This document shows, one piece after another, positions 8,141 to 17,417 of a DNA stretch of 64,000 nt (position 1 is its first letter; each line of letters begins with the position of its first letter). The stretch lies in assembly GCA_000998135.1 (NCBI GenBank), contig LCCV01000001.1:72958-136957 (forward strand), given 5' to 3'. The position numbers and the translations under genes were made by a program. The DNA comes from Parcubacteria group bacterium GW2011_GWA2_42_14 (lineage in GTDB: Bacteria; Patescibacteriota; Minisyncoccia; Sungbacterales; GWA2-42-14). The notes beneath the pieces were generated by a model. That model worked only from the letters and a program-made list of their open reading frames with translations. It was not told where the DNA came from and did no database searches.

Positions 8141-9202
8141 ATGAACTCACAAAAAACCGGACAATACGCCCTAAACATAATTGAAAACGAATATGAAATC
8201 AAGGGGGGACTGATTGACTGCCACCAGCACCTTGACCGAAGAAATACGCTGAATAAAGAGGGTTACACGCTTATAGAAAACGGCGCGACCCTCAGACAAA
8301 AACAGGATTATATAGACGAATTCAAGCGAAAACCAGATTATAAAGCCGCTCTATACGATAGGATTTTAGAAGGCGTATCAGACATGGGGATTCAGGGCAT
8401 CAAAGGATGCAGAAGCTATATTGACGCTGACGCGACTATCGGTCTTGAGGCAATCAATGCCGCCCTTAAAGTAAAAGGACAGGCAATGAATCAAGGTTTT
8501 TATCTGCAGATTGCCGCTTCCCCGGTCAAAGGATTGTTTTTCAATGAAGACAGAATTCAATTTGAACTGGGATGCGAACTGGCAGATGTTATCGGCGTTA
8601 TTCCTTCAAGAGGAATCAAAATTCCCGACCCTACTCTGCCCTTTGACTACCAAACCCTTCAGGAAAATATGAAATATTTTTTTGAAGTTGCCTGGAGGCT
8701 CAAAAAACCCATTGATTTGCAAATTGACCAGGCCAATGACACGCGGGAATGGGAAAGCAAAATTCTTTGCGGAGTTGCCCGCGAATTTCGAAACCGCGGT
8801 TATACTCATTCCATTGCCACAACCCATTGCATTTCTCTTGGCGCTCAAACCCTTGTAGAAATCAAAAGAATTGCCAAAGAATTCAAGGCGCTCGGAATCC
8901 ACGTGATTGTCTGCCCGGGCGCGGCTCTTGATATGAAACAGGACCGAAAACAGCACGGCCCAACAAGAAATTCCATTGCTCCGGTTAAAGAACTGCTTGA
9001 AGAAGGGGTGGTGGTGGCTTTGGGAACAGACAACGTCAGCGATATTTTTATGCGATTTTCCAGCGGAGATTTCCGGACAGAAATTGAGAAACTAACCAAT
9101 GCCGTCCGCTGGCAAGAAGATCTTTCACTACTTGCCGACCTTGCCACAACCAATGGCCGTCTGGTGCTCGGCCTTCCCCTACCCCACGAAAAAGAGGAAT
9201 AA
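8141..9202 (+). CDS. Amidohydrolase superfamily, cytosine-deaminase (CodA)-like
   Basis: DCHQHLD, THCISL, VIVCP and ALGTDNVSD motifs. Confidence 0.85.
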   Translation: MNSQKTGQYALNIIENEYEIKGGLIDCHQHLDRRNTLNKEGYTLIENGATLRQKQDYIDEFKRKPDYKAALYDRILEGVSDMGIQGIKGCRSYIDADATIGLEAINAALKVKGQAMNQGFYLQIAASPVKGLFFNEDRIQFELGCELADVIGVIPSRGIKIPDPTLPFDYQTLQENMKYFFEVAWRLKKPIDLQIDQANDTREWESKILCGVAREFRNRGYTHSIATTHCISLGAQTLVEIKRIAKEFKALGIHVIVCPGAALDMKQDRKQHGPTRNSIAPVKELLEEGVVVALGTDNVSDIFMRFSSGDFRTEIEKLTNAVRWQEDLSLLADLATTNGRLVLGLPLPHEKEE

Positions 9203-9205
9203 AAA

Positions 9206-10081
9206 ATGAGAGTTTTAATGTGTCCGCCGCTTTACTACGCGATTAATTGGGAAGATCCGGCAAAAAATCCGTGGATGAAAATGAATAAACAGCCGGATCG
9301 CGGCAAGGCCATCGCCCAATGGGGCAAACTATGGCATCTTTATGAATTTCTCGGCGCGAAAATCCGCACCCTTGAAACGGTTCCCTGTCTTGGGGACCAA
9401 ATATTTACCGCCAACATTGCCTGGAGCATGCCTATTTGGAGCGAAGAAGGAAATGAAAACCGAAGAACATTTATCATGGCCAATCTTGCTCCGGAACTCC
9501 GCAGGCCCGAAATAATTATCGCGGCGCGCTGGTTTGCCGAAAACCGTTTCAGCACTTATTTCCTGCCAGAAGAAATGCTTTTTGAAGGACAAGGAGATAT
9601 CATCACCACCAAAGAGGCCTATCTTTATTGCTACGGCGTAAGAAATTCGCTTGAAGCCATTGAAGAAATCAGGAAAGTATTCAATCTTAAAAAGCCAATT
9701 ATTCCGCTCCGATTAATTGACCCGCGTTTTTATCACGGGGATGTCTGCATACGCTATTCAAAACGGCGCGATGCTGTTCTTTTTTATCCCGGAGCGTTTG
9801 ACGCCGAAAGCGTAAAAGCCATTGAAAAATTAAAAGCAAAGAAAAAAGATGTTTCCCGCGAATTCATGGTGCAGGAACTTTTTGACGGAAGAAACTTCCC
9901 GCTTAACGGTTCTTACATCAATAATGTGGAAACCTTTCCTTGGAATGATGAGATTGAGGAATTTCCCCGAAACCTTAAGGGGTGGATTGAAAGAGACGGC
10001 GGCGAAGTGGTTACTCTTAACTTCAGCCAATTCGGGCTTTCCGGGGCAGGACATCGATGCGTTACTCTGTTTCTGGATTAA
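9206..10081 (+). CDS. Amidinotransferase / dimethylargininase (pentein) family protein
   Basis: LMCPP, NPWM, DQIFTAN, FEGQGD, FYHGD and C-terminal GAGHRC motifs. Confidence 0.88.
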   Translation: MRVLMCPPLYYAINWEDPAKNPWMKMNKQPDRGKAIAQWGKLWHLYEFLGAKIRTLETVPCLGDQIFTANIAWSMPIWSEEGNENRRTFIMANLAPELRRPEIIIAARWFAENRFSTYFLPEEMLFEGQGDIITTKEAYLYCYGVRNSLEAIEEIRKVFNLKKPIIPLRLIDPRFYHGDVCIRYSKRRDAVLFYPGAFDAESVKAIEKLKAKKKDVSREFMVQELFDGRNFPLNGSYINNVETFPWNDEIEEFPRNLKGWIERDGGEVVTLNFSQFGLSGAGHRCVTLFLD

Positions 10082-10157
10082 TATTAATTTAAGCAACACT
10101 CAGTGTTGTTTGGTTTATCAAAAAGTCAAGGAAAATGGCCAATTTTTGCCAAAATAC

Positions 10158-10185
10158 TTGACTTTTTTCTTATTTTTGGTATAAT
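10158..10185 (+). promoter_or_regulatory. sigma70 promoter
   Basis: TTGACT-16nt-TATAAT with extended TG. Confidence 0.6.
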
Positions 10186-10285
10186 ATAAGTATAGCTGAA
10201 GGTAGCTTCGTAACTTGACAAATACGACCTAAAACACAAAAAACAGAAACCGGGTTCGAAAGATCCTGGAAACAGGAGGGATATC

Positions 10286-10408
10286 ATGTGGCTTTTACTG
10301 TTTCTTGCTGTATTGGCGCTGGTGGCGATAGTTTTTGGTATCGACAAAATAATCACTCTCCTCGAAGAAATCCTCGCCGAGCTGAAAAAGCTCAACGAGA
10401 AAAAATAA
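10286..10408 (+). CDS. 40-aa single-TM peptide
   Basis: Not in ORF track; SD AGGAGG; MWLLLFLAVLALVAIVFGIDKIITLLEEILAELKKLNEKK. Confidence 0.7.
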   Translation: MWLLLFLAVLALVAIVFGIDKIITLLEEILAELKKLNEKK

Positions 10409-10435
10409 CCCAAACCAACATCAAGGAGAAACTCC

Positions 10436-10624
10436 GTGATAAAGAAACTTGTCCGTGTATTCACTGTATTGTTTCTCGCAACTTCTCTTTCCGGGTGCCT
10501 TGCGTTCAACGCCGCATATCTCGCCGTACAGGGAGCGGCTATGATCTACGAAAAAACGTCGCGACCAGCCAAAACAAAACAAACACCGCCAGATTCTAAA
10601 ACAAACAAAGAGGAAACGAGATGA
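10436..10624 (+). CDS. Small lipoprotein
   Basis: SD AAGGAG, GTG start, lipobox LSGC. Confidence 0.65.
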   Translation: MIKKLVRVFTVLFLATSLSGCLAFNAAYLAVQGAAMIYEKTSRPAKTKQTPPDSKTNKEETR

Positions 10625-11127
10625 AAAGGATTTTTTCCACGGTTTGGATATTCGTAATCTTCGTAATCACGGTATTGCTTTTCTACGGCTGCGCCGGGGT
10701 GATAAGCGGTCCAAAGTACCAGCCCCCGACCGCCAACCTTTCTTTAGCAGTAGCCAGCTTTCTGAAGAGCAAGGAGGTGGCGATTTCCGGCGATAACAGC
10801 GCACGCGGAATCATTGCCGATGCCGTGCTTAATGCCGGCGGCATTCCGATAGAGCGCAAAAAGGCCGAAGTTGAAATCAAAGCGGACATTCGCAAGGATT
10901 CAAGCTCCGGCGGCTACAACCATGGCTACTCGCCGGTTCCGCTGGTTTCGTCCGGTCCGGCCTACCGGATAAAGGTAGAAATCTGGGTAAGCCAGAACGG
11001 GGCGGTGCGTTTTCACGGAGTAGGAGCGGAATCCTACTTCGACCCAGGGTCCATATCCAAAACCCTGGCCACCGAAAACGCAACGCGATACGCGCTTCGT
11101 AACCTGCGGGGGCGAGGCCCTCGATAA
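10621..11127 (+). CDS. Lipoprotein, unknown function
   Basis: Lipobox FYGC; ATGA overlap with the previous gene. Confidence 0.7.
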   Translation: MKRIFSTVWIFVIFVITVLLFYGCAGVISGPKYQPPTANLSLAVASFLKSKEVAISGDNSARGIIADAVLNAGGIPIERKKAEVEIKADIRKDSSSGGYNHGYSPVPLVSSGPAYRIKVEIWVSQNGAVRFHGVGAESYFDPGSISKTLATENATRYALRNLRGRGPR

Positions 11128-11230
11128 GCACCAACACCCCAAAGCGGGATGAGCCAACGAAAGCTCACTCCCGCCTCGGGGTTCTTTTTTATTCGTAAAT
11201 TTATACTTTATTTGCTAACCTTAAATTATA

Positions 11231-11797
11231 ATGAATGAACAAATTATAACAACAACAAGGGCCGTTAAAACCAAACGCCTTGCCTACGCTCTTGCAAAAA
11301 AAATCCTAAAAAACCGCCATCAAAAACCTGCGATCATTATTGCACTTTCCGGCAATCTCGGCTCAGGAAAAACAACCTTTGTTCAGGGATTTGCCAAAGA
11401 ACTCGGCATCAAAGAAATTCCCAAAAGCCCCACTTTCATTTTAATGCAAATTTTTCCAATACCGCCTAAAAGCTATAAGCTAAAAGCTAAAAGCTTAATA
11501 CACATTGACGCCTACCGCCTAGAAAAACCGAAAGAACTTATACATCTCGGTCTGAAAGAAATTCTTCGCGACCCGCACAATATTGTGATAATTGAGTGGG
11601 CAGAGAAAGTAAAAGCACTATTGCCCAAAGATGCAATTTGGATATCATTTAGGCATGCCGGAAAAGATAAACGCCACATTGCTATAAAATCCCAATATCA
11701 AAAATTTGCCCCCTCGGCAAATTCCGGGGCTTCGCCCGTCGAAAGCCAAATAGTTGGCTTTCGACCCAAATCCCAAACAAAATCAAAATCCAAATAA
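11231..11797 (+). CDS. tsaE: tRNA threonylcarbamoyladenosine biosynthesis ATPase TsaE (repeat-derived insert and C-terminal tail)
   Basis: GNLGSGKTTF, SPTF, HIDAYRL and IIEWAE motifs. Confidence 0.95.
   Translation: MNEQIITTTRAVKTKRLAYALAKKILKNRHQKPAIIIALSGNLGSGKTTFVQGFAKELGIKEIPKSPTFILMQIFPIPPKSYKLKAKSLIHIDAYRLEKPKELIHLGLKEILRDPHNIVIIEWAEKVKALLPKDAIWISFRHAGKDKRHIAIKSQYQKFAPSANSGASPVESQIVGFRPKSQTKSKSK
11699..11778 (+). repeat. 80-nt triple-hairpin element, copy 1
   Basis: 75/80 identical to 25173-25252. Confidence 0.9.
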
Positions 11798-11869
11798 CCA
11801 AAAACAATTTGAATTTTGAAATTTGAATTTATTTGGGATTTAGTGCTTGGGATTTTGGATTTTTTTCGT

Positions 11870-14476
11870 ATGAAATACATAATTATAGATTCCAACGCCA
11901 TAATTCATCGGGCATTTCATGCTTTGCCCCCGTTTACCGCTCCCGACGGTTCTCCTACTGGCGCTGTTTACGGTTTTACTTCTATTCTTATAAAAATTCT
12001 CAAGGACTTGAAACCGGATTATGTCTTGGCCGCTTTTGACACGGCCGCCCCGACTTTCCGTCATATTGCCTATGAAAAATACAAAGCGCAAAGAGAAAAA
12101 GCGCCGGATGAGCTCTACGCGCAATTTCCCAAAACCAAGGAGGTGCTTGGCGCTTTTAATATCCCCATTTTGGAAAAAGACGGATTTGAAGCAGATGATA
12201 TAATCGGAACATTAGCCAAAAAAATTCCTCAAGAAGACAAAACGGCTGAAATTATAATTGTTACAGGGGATATGGATACATTTCAGCTCGTTAATAAAAA
12301 TGTTTCGGTATTTACCATGCGAAGGGGCATTACCGATACTGTTTTATACGACGAAAGGGCGGTTCGCGAAAGATTTGGCTTTGGACCCGAAACAATGATT
12401 GACTACAAGGCCCTAAGGGGAGACCCATCCGACAATATCCCCGGAGTTAAAGGAATCGGAGAAAAAACCGCGACCGAGCTTCTAAAAAAATATAAAAAAC
12501 TTGAAAATATATATAAACTTCTAAAAAAGAAAAAACTGAAAGAGTCTGCCTCTTTGCTGGAAAAACTAAAAGCATCAGAAAACGAGGCGATTCTTTCCAA
12601 AAATCTTGCAACAATAAATACGGCCGTTACCCTTAAAATATCTTTACAAAATTTGCCTCATCCCCAAACTGGGGCAACGCCGGAAATTAAAGCTGTATTA
12701 GAAAAATTCGGGTTTCGAAGCTTGCTGGCAAGATTGACAGGCGAAAAAAAGGAAGTAAAAAAGGAGGAGCAAAAACAGGCCCTGCCGTTTTCGGCCATGT
12801 CTCCGACAGCAAATTTAAAAACTGCGGACGGCCCCCAATTACAAAAACTCTTTCAAGCAAAACAAATTGCCATTATTTTTGATGAAACCAATGGATTGCT
12901 GCTTATTTCTGACGGAAAAAACGTTTTTAAAACAAACGCAAAAGATATTGCCAGAATCGAAAAAACCGTTTTAGAAAACTGCCAAAAAATTATTTTTGAT
13001 GCCAAACCCCTTATCAAAGAGTTTAAAAAACAGCATGGAATTCTTCTTGAAAATAATTTTTTTGACCTTAAAATCGCGGGTTTTCTTTTATATATTGACA
13101 CGCGGGAAATAACCCCGGAACGGCTTATTTCCGTGTATCTCGCCGAAATTACCGCAAGCCAACCGGAAGAATTGATTAAAAAATTTTTTCAACTCCGTGA
13201 AATTCTGGAAAAAAAATTAAAAGAAGAAAACGCCTGGTTTGTATTCTCGGAAATAGAATCGCCTCTTATTTCGATTCTTTCCCAAATGGAAAATAAGGGA
13301 ATAAAAATTGATACGGCTCATCTTAAAAAAGCCGCCTCTTTTTTCAAAAAAAATCTTGATAAGTTAACCGGAGAAATTTATAAAGAAGCCGGGGAAGAAT
13401 TTAATATTAATTCTCCGCAACAGCTTTCTGAAATCCTTTTTACAAAATTAGGCGTTAGCGCGGATAATAAAAAAATAAAAAGAACTGGAGGAGGAAAACT
13501 TTCAACTAACCAAGAACAATTATTGGAGCTGCAAAACTTCCATCCCATAATTAAAAAAATTATTGAGTATAGAGAGATTGCCAAACTCAAAACTACTTAT
13601 AGCGACACTCTTCCCGAACTCATCTCTAAAGACGGAAGAATTCACACAACTTTTGGCCAAACAGGAACCGTTACCGGACGCATGAGCTCCCGCGACCCCA
13701 ACCTACAAAATGTTCCCATAAAAACTCCGCTCGGGAAAGAAATAAGAAGGGCCTTTGTCGCTGAAAAAGGATTTATTTTTGCGTCTTTTGATTATTCGCA
13801 GCTTGAATTAAGAATTGCGGCTGAACTTGCCCAAGACCTTAAAATGATTGAGGCGTTTTCAAATGGGGTTGATATTCATAAACTTACCGCCGCGGAAATA
13901 AATAATGTTCCGCTTGAAAAAGTAACGCCGGAGATGCGAAGAGCGGCCAAAACCCTTAATTTTGGAATTCTTTACGGCATGGGCGTAAAAGCTTTTGCCA
14001 GGGGTTCGGGTTTTTCCGAAAGTGAAGCCAAAAAATTTTTTGAAGAATATTCCAGAGATTTTTCCGGAATTGAAGCTTATATAGAAAAAACAATAGAATT
14101 TGCCAAAGAAAAGGGATATGTGGAGACATATTACGGAAGACGGCGGTATCTGGAAGGCCTTCTTAGCGGAGGTTTTCGTGTGAAGAAAGAGGCCGAAAGA
14201 ATGGCTATAAATATGCCGATTCAGGGCACGGCGGCGGATATGGTAAAACTTGCCATGATTAGTGTTTCCAATATGTTAAAAAATAAGTATAATGAAAAAG
14301 ACATAAGAATGTTGCTGCAGATCCATGACGAACTTCTTTTTGAAATAGCCGATAAAAAAGACATTTCAGAATCGGTAATAAAAGATATAAAGAACGCAAT
14401 GGAAGGCGTTTGGAAAGGCAAAGTGCTGTTCAAGGTTGATGTAAAACTTGGAAAAAACTGGGCAGACCTTACTTAA
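11870..14476 (+). CDS. polA: DNA polymerase I
   Basis: 5'-3' exonuclease motifs (EADD, GDPSDNIPGV) and polymerase motifs DYSQLELR, KTLNFGILYG, QIHDEL; ATG at 11870. Confidence 0.97.
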   Translation: MKYIIIDSNAIIHRAFHALPPFTAPDGSPTGAVYGFTSILIKILKDLKPDYVLAAFDTAAPTFRHIAYEKYKAQREKAPDELYAQFPKTKEVLGAFNIPILEKDGFEADDIIGTLAKKIPQEDKTAEIIIVTGDMDTFQLVNKNVSVFTMRRGITDTVLYDERAVRERFGFGPETMIDYKALRGDPSDNIPGVKGIGEKTATELLKKYKKLENIYKLLKKKKLKESASLLEKLKASENEAILSKNLATINTAVTLKISLQNLPHPQTGATPEIKAVLEKFGFRSLLARLTGEKKEVKKEEQKQALPFSAMSPTANLKTADGPQLQKLFQAKQIAIIFDETNGLLLISDGKNVFKTNAKDIARIEKTVLENCQKIIFDAKPLIKEFKKQHGILLENNFFDLKIAGFLLYIDTREITPERLISVYLAEITASQPEELIKKFFQLREILEKKLKEENAWFVFSEIESPLISILSQMENKGIKIDTAHLKKAASFFKKNLDKLTGEIYKEAGEEFNINSPQQLSEILFTKLGVSADNKKIKRTGGGKLSTNQEQLLELQNFHPIIKKIIEYREIAKLKTTYSDTLPELISKDGRIHTTFGQTGTVTGRMSSRDPNLQNVPIKTPLGKEIRRAFVAEKGFIFASFDYSQLELRIAAELAQDLKMIEAFSNGVDIHKLTAAEINNVPLEKVTPEMRRAAKTLNFGILYGMGVKAFARGSGFSESEAKKFFEEYSRDFSGIEAYIEKTIEFAKEKGYVETYYGRRRYLEGLLSGGFRVKKEAERMAINMPIQGTAADMVKLAMISVSNMLKNKYNEKDIRMLLQIHDELLFEIADKKDISESVIKDIKNAMEGVWKGKVLFKVDVKLGKNWADLT

Positions 14477-14584
14477 ATGAATAATGAATTAAGAATTAAG
14501 AGATTTTAGACCATAATTCATAATTCCTAATTCTTGATTCCCAAAAGCTTTGCCTTTTAATTCCTTAATTGTTATTATCTAAAC

Positions 14585-15010
14585 ATGGCCGAATCAAACA
14601 CCCCTCCCGCACAAGGGGTAGAACAACCTAAACAAACCTCAATACTGGTGGTAGAAGACGACATTTTTTTGAGGAACCTAATCATTAAAAAACTGATGAA
14701 TGAGAATTATGTTATTTGGGATGCCACTGACGGGACATCCGCGCTAAAAGTGCTTGAAACCAAAAAACCGCACCTGATTCTACTTGATATTCTTTTGCCC
14801 GGCATCGACGGATTTGAAGTTTTGTCCCTACTGAAAAAAAACTCTGAACTCGCACAAATTCCGGTCATAATTCTTTCCAACCTTGGCTCCCAGGACGACA
14901 TTGAAAAAGCAATGAAACTGGGTGCTACCGATTATATTATCAAGGCCAATTTTACTCTTGAAGAAATAGCGGAACGGATAAAAAAGATTTTAGGAGAGAA
15001 ATACTTTTAA
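14585..15010 (+). CDS. Single-domain response regulator
   Basis: VVEDD, LLDILLPGIDG and DYIIK motifs. Confidence 0.92.
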   Translation: MAESNTPPAQGVEQPKQTSILVVEDDIFLRNLIIKKLMNENYVIWDATDGTSALKVLETKKPHLILLDILLPGIDGFEVLSLLKKNSELAQIPVIILSNLGSQDDIEKAMKLGATDYIIKANFTLEEIAERIKKILGEKYF

Positions 15011-15107
15011 TAATTTAATCAACAAATAACGAATTCATTACGAATAAGCGAATAACGAATTCGTAATTCGTAAATTCGTACAAATTCGTTATTCGCTGAT
15101 AAATATA

Positions 15108-15914
15108 TTGCCGGAGTTACCCGAAGCAGAAACAATCGTAAAATATCTTAGGCCAAAAATCCGCGGCAAGCGGGTTTTAAAATTATGGTCAAACACGCCG
15201 CGGCTTTTCAGACAAGGAAAAAATCTTCATAAAATAAGCATCCTGATAAAAGGAAAAACAATTTTGGATACAACCCGAGTCGGAAAAAATATTGTTTTAG
15301 CTTTAAACAATCAATATAATCTCTATATCCATCTTATGATGACGGGTAAATTATTATGGAATTATTCCAAATTGAGAGAACGCCATATAAGATTTTCTAT
15401 GGAACTTAACGGCAAAAACACCCTGGCCCTGCACGATATCCGCAAATTCGGATGGATAAGATTAATTAAAAAAGAAAATTTTTCCGACGCGCGCGTAAAC
15501 AAGGACGCGCTTTCTATTTCATTTGAAGATTTTAAAAACTCGCTTAATTTACGAAAAATGAAAATAAAAAACGCGCTTTTAAACCAAAAAATTGTCCAAG
15601 GAATCGGCAATATCTACTCGGATGAGATTTTATGGTACGCTGGAATAGAACCGCTCCGGCCCGCAAACTCCCTGAATAGCAAAAAAATAAAAAGAATTTA
15701 TTCGGCCATGAAAAAGGTATTAAAAATGGCGATCCGGAAAGGCGGCACAAGTATGCGCGATTACCGAAAACCAAACGGAAAAAAGGGCGGATACTACCCA
15801 ATCCGCAGGGTTTACCAAAGAGAAGGAGAAAAGTGCGCGCGTGACGGCGCAATAATTAAACGAATTAAAATAGGAGGAAGGTCTGCGCATTTTTGCCCCT
15901 ATCACCAGACATGA
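15108..15914 (+). CDS. mutM: Formamidopyrimidine-DNA glycosylase
   Basis: PELPE, GIGNIYSDE and C-terminal zinc finger; TTG start. Confidence 0.95.
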   Translation: MPELPEAETIVKYLRPKIRGKRVLKLWSNTPRLFRQGKNLHKISILIKGKTILDTTRVGKNIVLALNNQYNLYIHLMMTGKLLWNYSKLRERHIRFSMELNGKNTLALHDIRKFGWIRLIKKENFSDARVNKDALSISFEDFKNSLNLRKMKIKNALLNQKIVQGIGNIYSDEILWYAGIEPLRPANSLNSKKIKRIYSAMKKVLKMAIRKGGTSMRDYRKPNGKKGGYYPIRRVYQREGEKCARDGAIIKRIKIGGRSAHFCPYHQT

Positions 15915-15974
15915 AACATGAAACCTGAAACACGAAAAAACTCTGGTTTTATGCTTTATGCTTCATGATTCATG
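15910..15974. repeat. CATGAAA-heptamer hairpin at the mutM/holA junction
   Basis: Starts in the mutM stop (ACA TGA), ends in the holA ATG; CATGA at both ends. Confidence 0.85.
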
Positions 15975-16907
15975 ATATATGTACTTTACGGCCCGGACAC
16001 CTACCGAAGCCGGCAAAAATTAAAGGAAATAATTGACGGATTCCGCAAAAAATATGGTTCGACTTCGCTCACCACAGGCGGAAATTTAAGTTTGGAAAAA
16101 TTTGATGCCGAAGAAAATGACTTTTCAAAAATCTCCGCCGCCGCGGAAAACCAATCGCTTTTCCAGGAAAAAAAACTCGTGGTTATTGAACGATTTTTTA
16201 CCTCAAAAAAGGTCGCTTATGAAACACTGAAAAAGAAGTTAAAATCGTGGCAGGAATCAAAAATAAATGTCTTTATTTTTTGGGACGAAAACGTGGCCAC
16301 CAAAAAAGAATTTAAAGAATTTTTGAAATTCGCCGAAAAGTCGCAGGAATTCAAAGAATTAACGCCGCAACAAACAAAATTATTTTTGGAAAAAGAAATG
16401 CTTAATCGCAAATTACGCCTGTCGGAAAAAGAAAAAACGGCCTTAATGAACCGCTTTAAAAATAATCTTTGGGGACTTGCTAATGAATTGGATAAAATAA
16501 CGCTTGGCTCGAACCTATCAACAGAAATTATCCTTAATAAAGAAGAAAAAATTTATAATTTCCTTGACGCTTTGATAGAAAGGCGCATAAACACTCCGCG
16601 GCTGCTTCTTTCTTTATACGAGGCCGGGGCCGAGGAACTCTATATTTTTGCCGCCATAGTCAATTCTTTCCGAAATCTTCTTTTGCTGAAAAAATATGCC
16701 GATAAACCGGCGCTGCTTTCTAAAATTGAAAAAGAGTTCGGAATTCATCCATATGTTTTCAAAAAACTTTTAGCCCAATCGCAAAGATATGGCCTAAAAA
16801 CTCTTACCATAATTTACAAAAAACTGCTGGAATACGATATTGCTTTAAAACTCGGCAAAACAAAACTAGAGTATATAGTTTTTGACCTAATGAACAAAAA
16901 ATTATAA
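15972..16907 (+). CDS. holA: DNA polymerase III delta subunit
   Basis: MIYVLYGPD, SLF, NELDK, IHPYV and LKLG motifs; adjacent to rpsT. Confidence 0.9.
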   Translation: MIYVLYGPDTYRSRQKLKEIIDGFRKKYGSTSLTTGGNLSLEKFDAEENDFSKISAAAENQSLFQEKKLVVIERFFTSKKVAYETLKKKLKSWQESKINVFIFWDENVATKKEFKEFLKFAEKSQEFKELTPQQTKLFLEKEMLNRKLRLSEKEKTALMNRFKNNLWGLANELDKITLGSNLSTEIILNKEEKIYNFLDALIERRINTPRLLLSLYEAGAEELYIFAAIVNSFRNLLLLKKYADKPALLSKIEKEFGIHPYVFKKLLAQSQRYGLKTLTIIYKKLLEYDIALKLGKTKLEYIVFDLMNKKL

Positions 16908-16950
16908 ACAAAAGGCCCGGTCCCCAAAAAAGACCGAGTCTTGATTATTG

Positions 16951-17211
16951 CTATAGAGAATTAACTAATTTTGTCAATCTAGATTTTTTGCGGCTGGCGG
17001 CATTCTTCTTGATGACGCCGGTTTTGGCGGCTTTATCAAGGGCTTTATACAAAGCCGGAAGCAGTTTTTGCGCTTCGGCTTTTTTCTTTTGTTCCGCAAG
17101 TTTCCGTACATCCCGCGCCAACTTCTTAAGGGCACCGCTTTTTTTGAGGTTTTGGGCGCGCCTTTTCAACGACTGACGCAGAGCTTTTTTTGCTGAACGA
17201 GTTATGGGCAT
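16951..17211 (-). CDS. rpsT: 30S ribosomal protein S20
   Basis: MPITRSAKKALRQS..LDKAAK..KNAASRKKSRL. Confidence 0.96.
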   Translation of the reverse strand: MPITRSAKKALRQSLKRRAQNLKKSGALKKLARDVRKLAEQKKKAEAQKLLPALYKALDKAAKTGVIKKNAASRKKSRLTKLVNSL

Positions 17212-17395
17212 GCCAATTTTGCCCAAGAAAGCGAGTCCGAAGCATCGCAAGGGCGAAGCTTGATTGGCTTGCAAAATTGAGCACCCAGCCTTAATTCTAA
17301 ATAATTACTCATGTCTTCCGTCAATGTAAGCCGCGGGCGATACCGCGATTCAACCTGTTGCGCACCTACAAACTAATTTTGGAATTAGGGCTGGG
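17212..17395 (-). mobile_element. Composite hairpin element A+B, copy 2 (directly before the rpsT ATG)
   Basis: A = 17284-17395, CCCAGCCTT..AGGGCTGGG with TGTAAGCCGCGGGCGATACCGCG; B = 17212-17282. Confidence 0.7.
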
Positions 17396-17417
17396 TAGTC
17401 TTTATTTTTAAAATTAA

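Noticed and set aside
5825-11127. Prophage or integrative element at tRNA-Arg
   Set aside because: No integrase, phage genes or duplicated tRNA 3' end found
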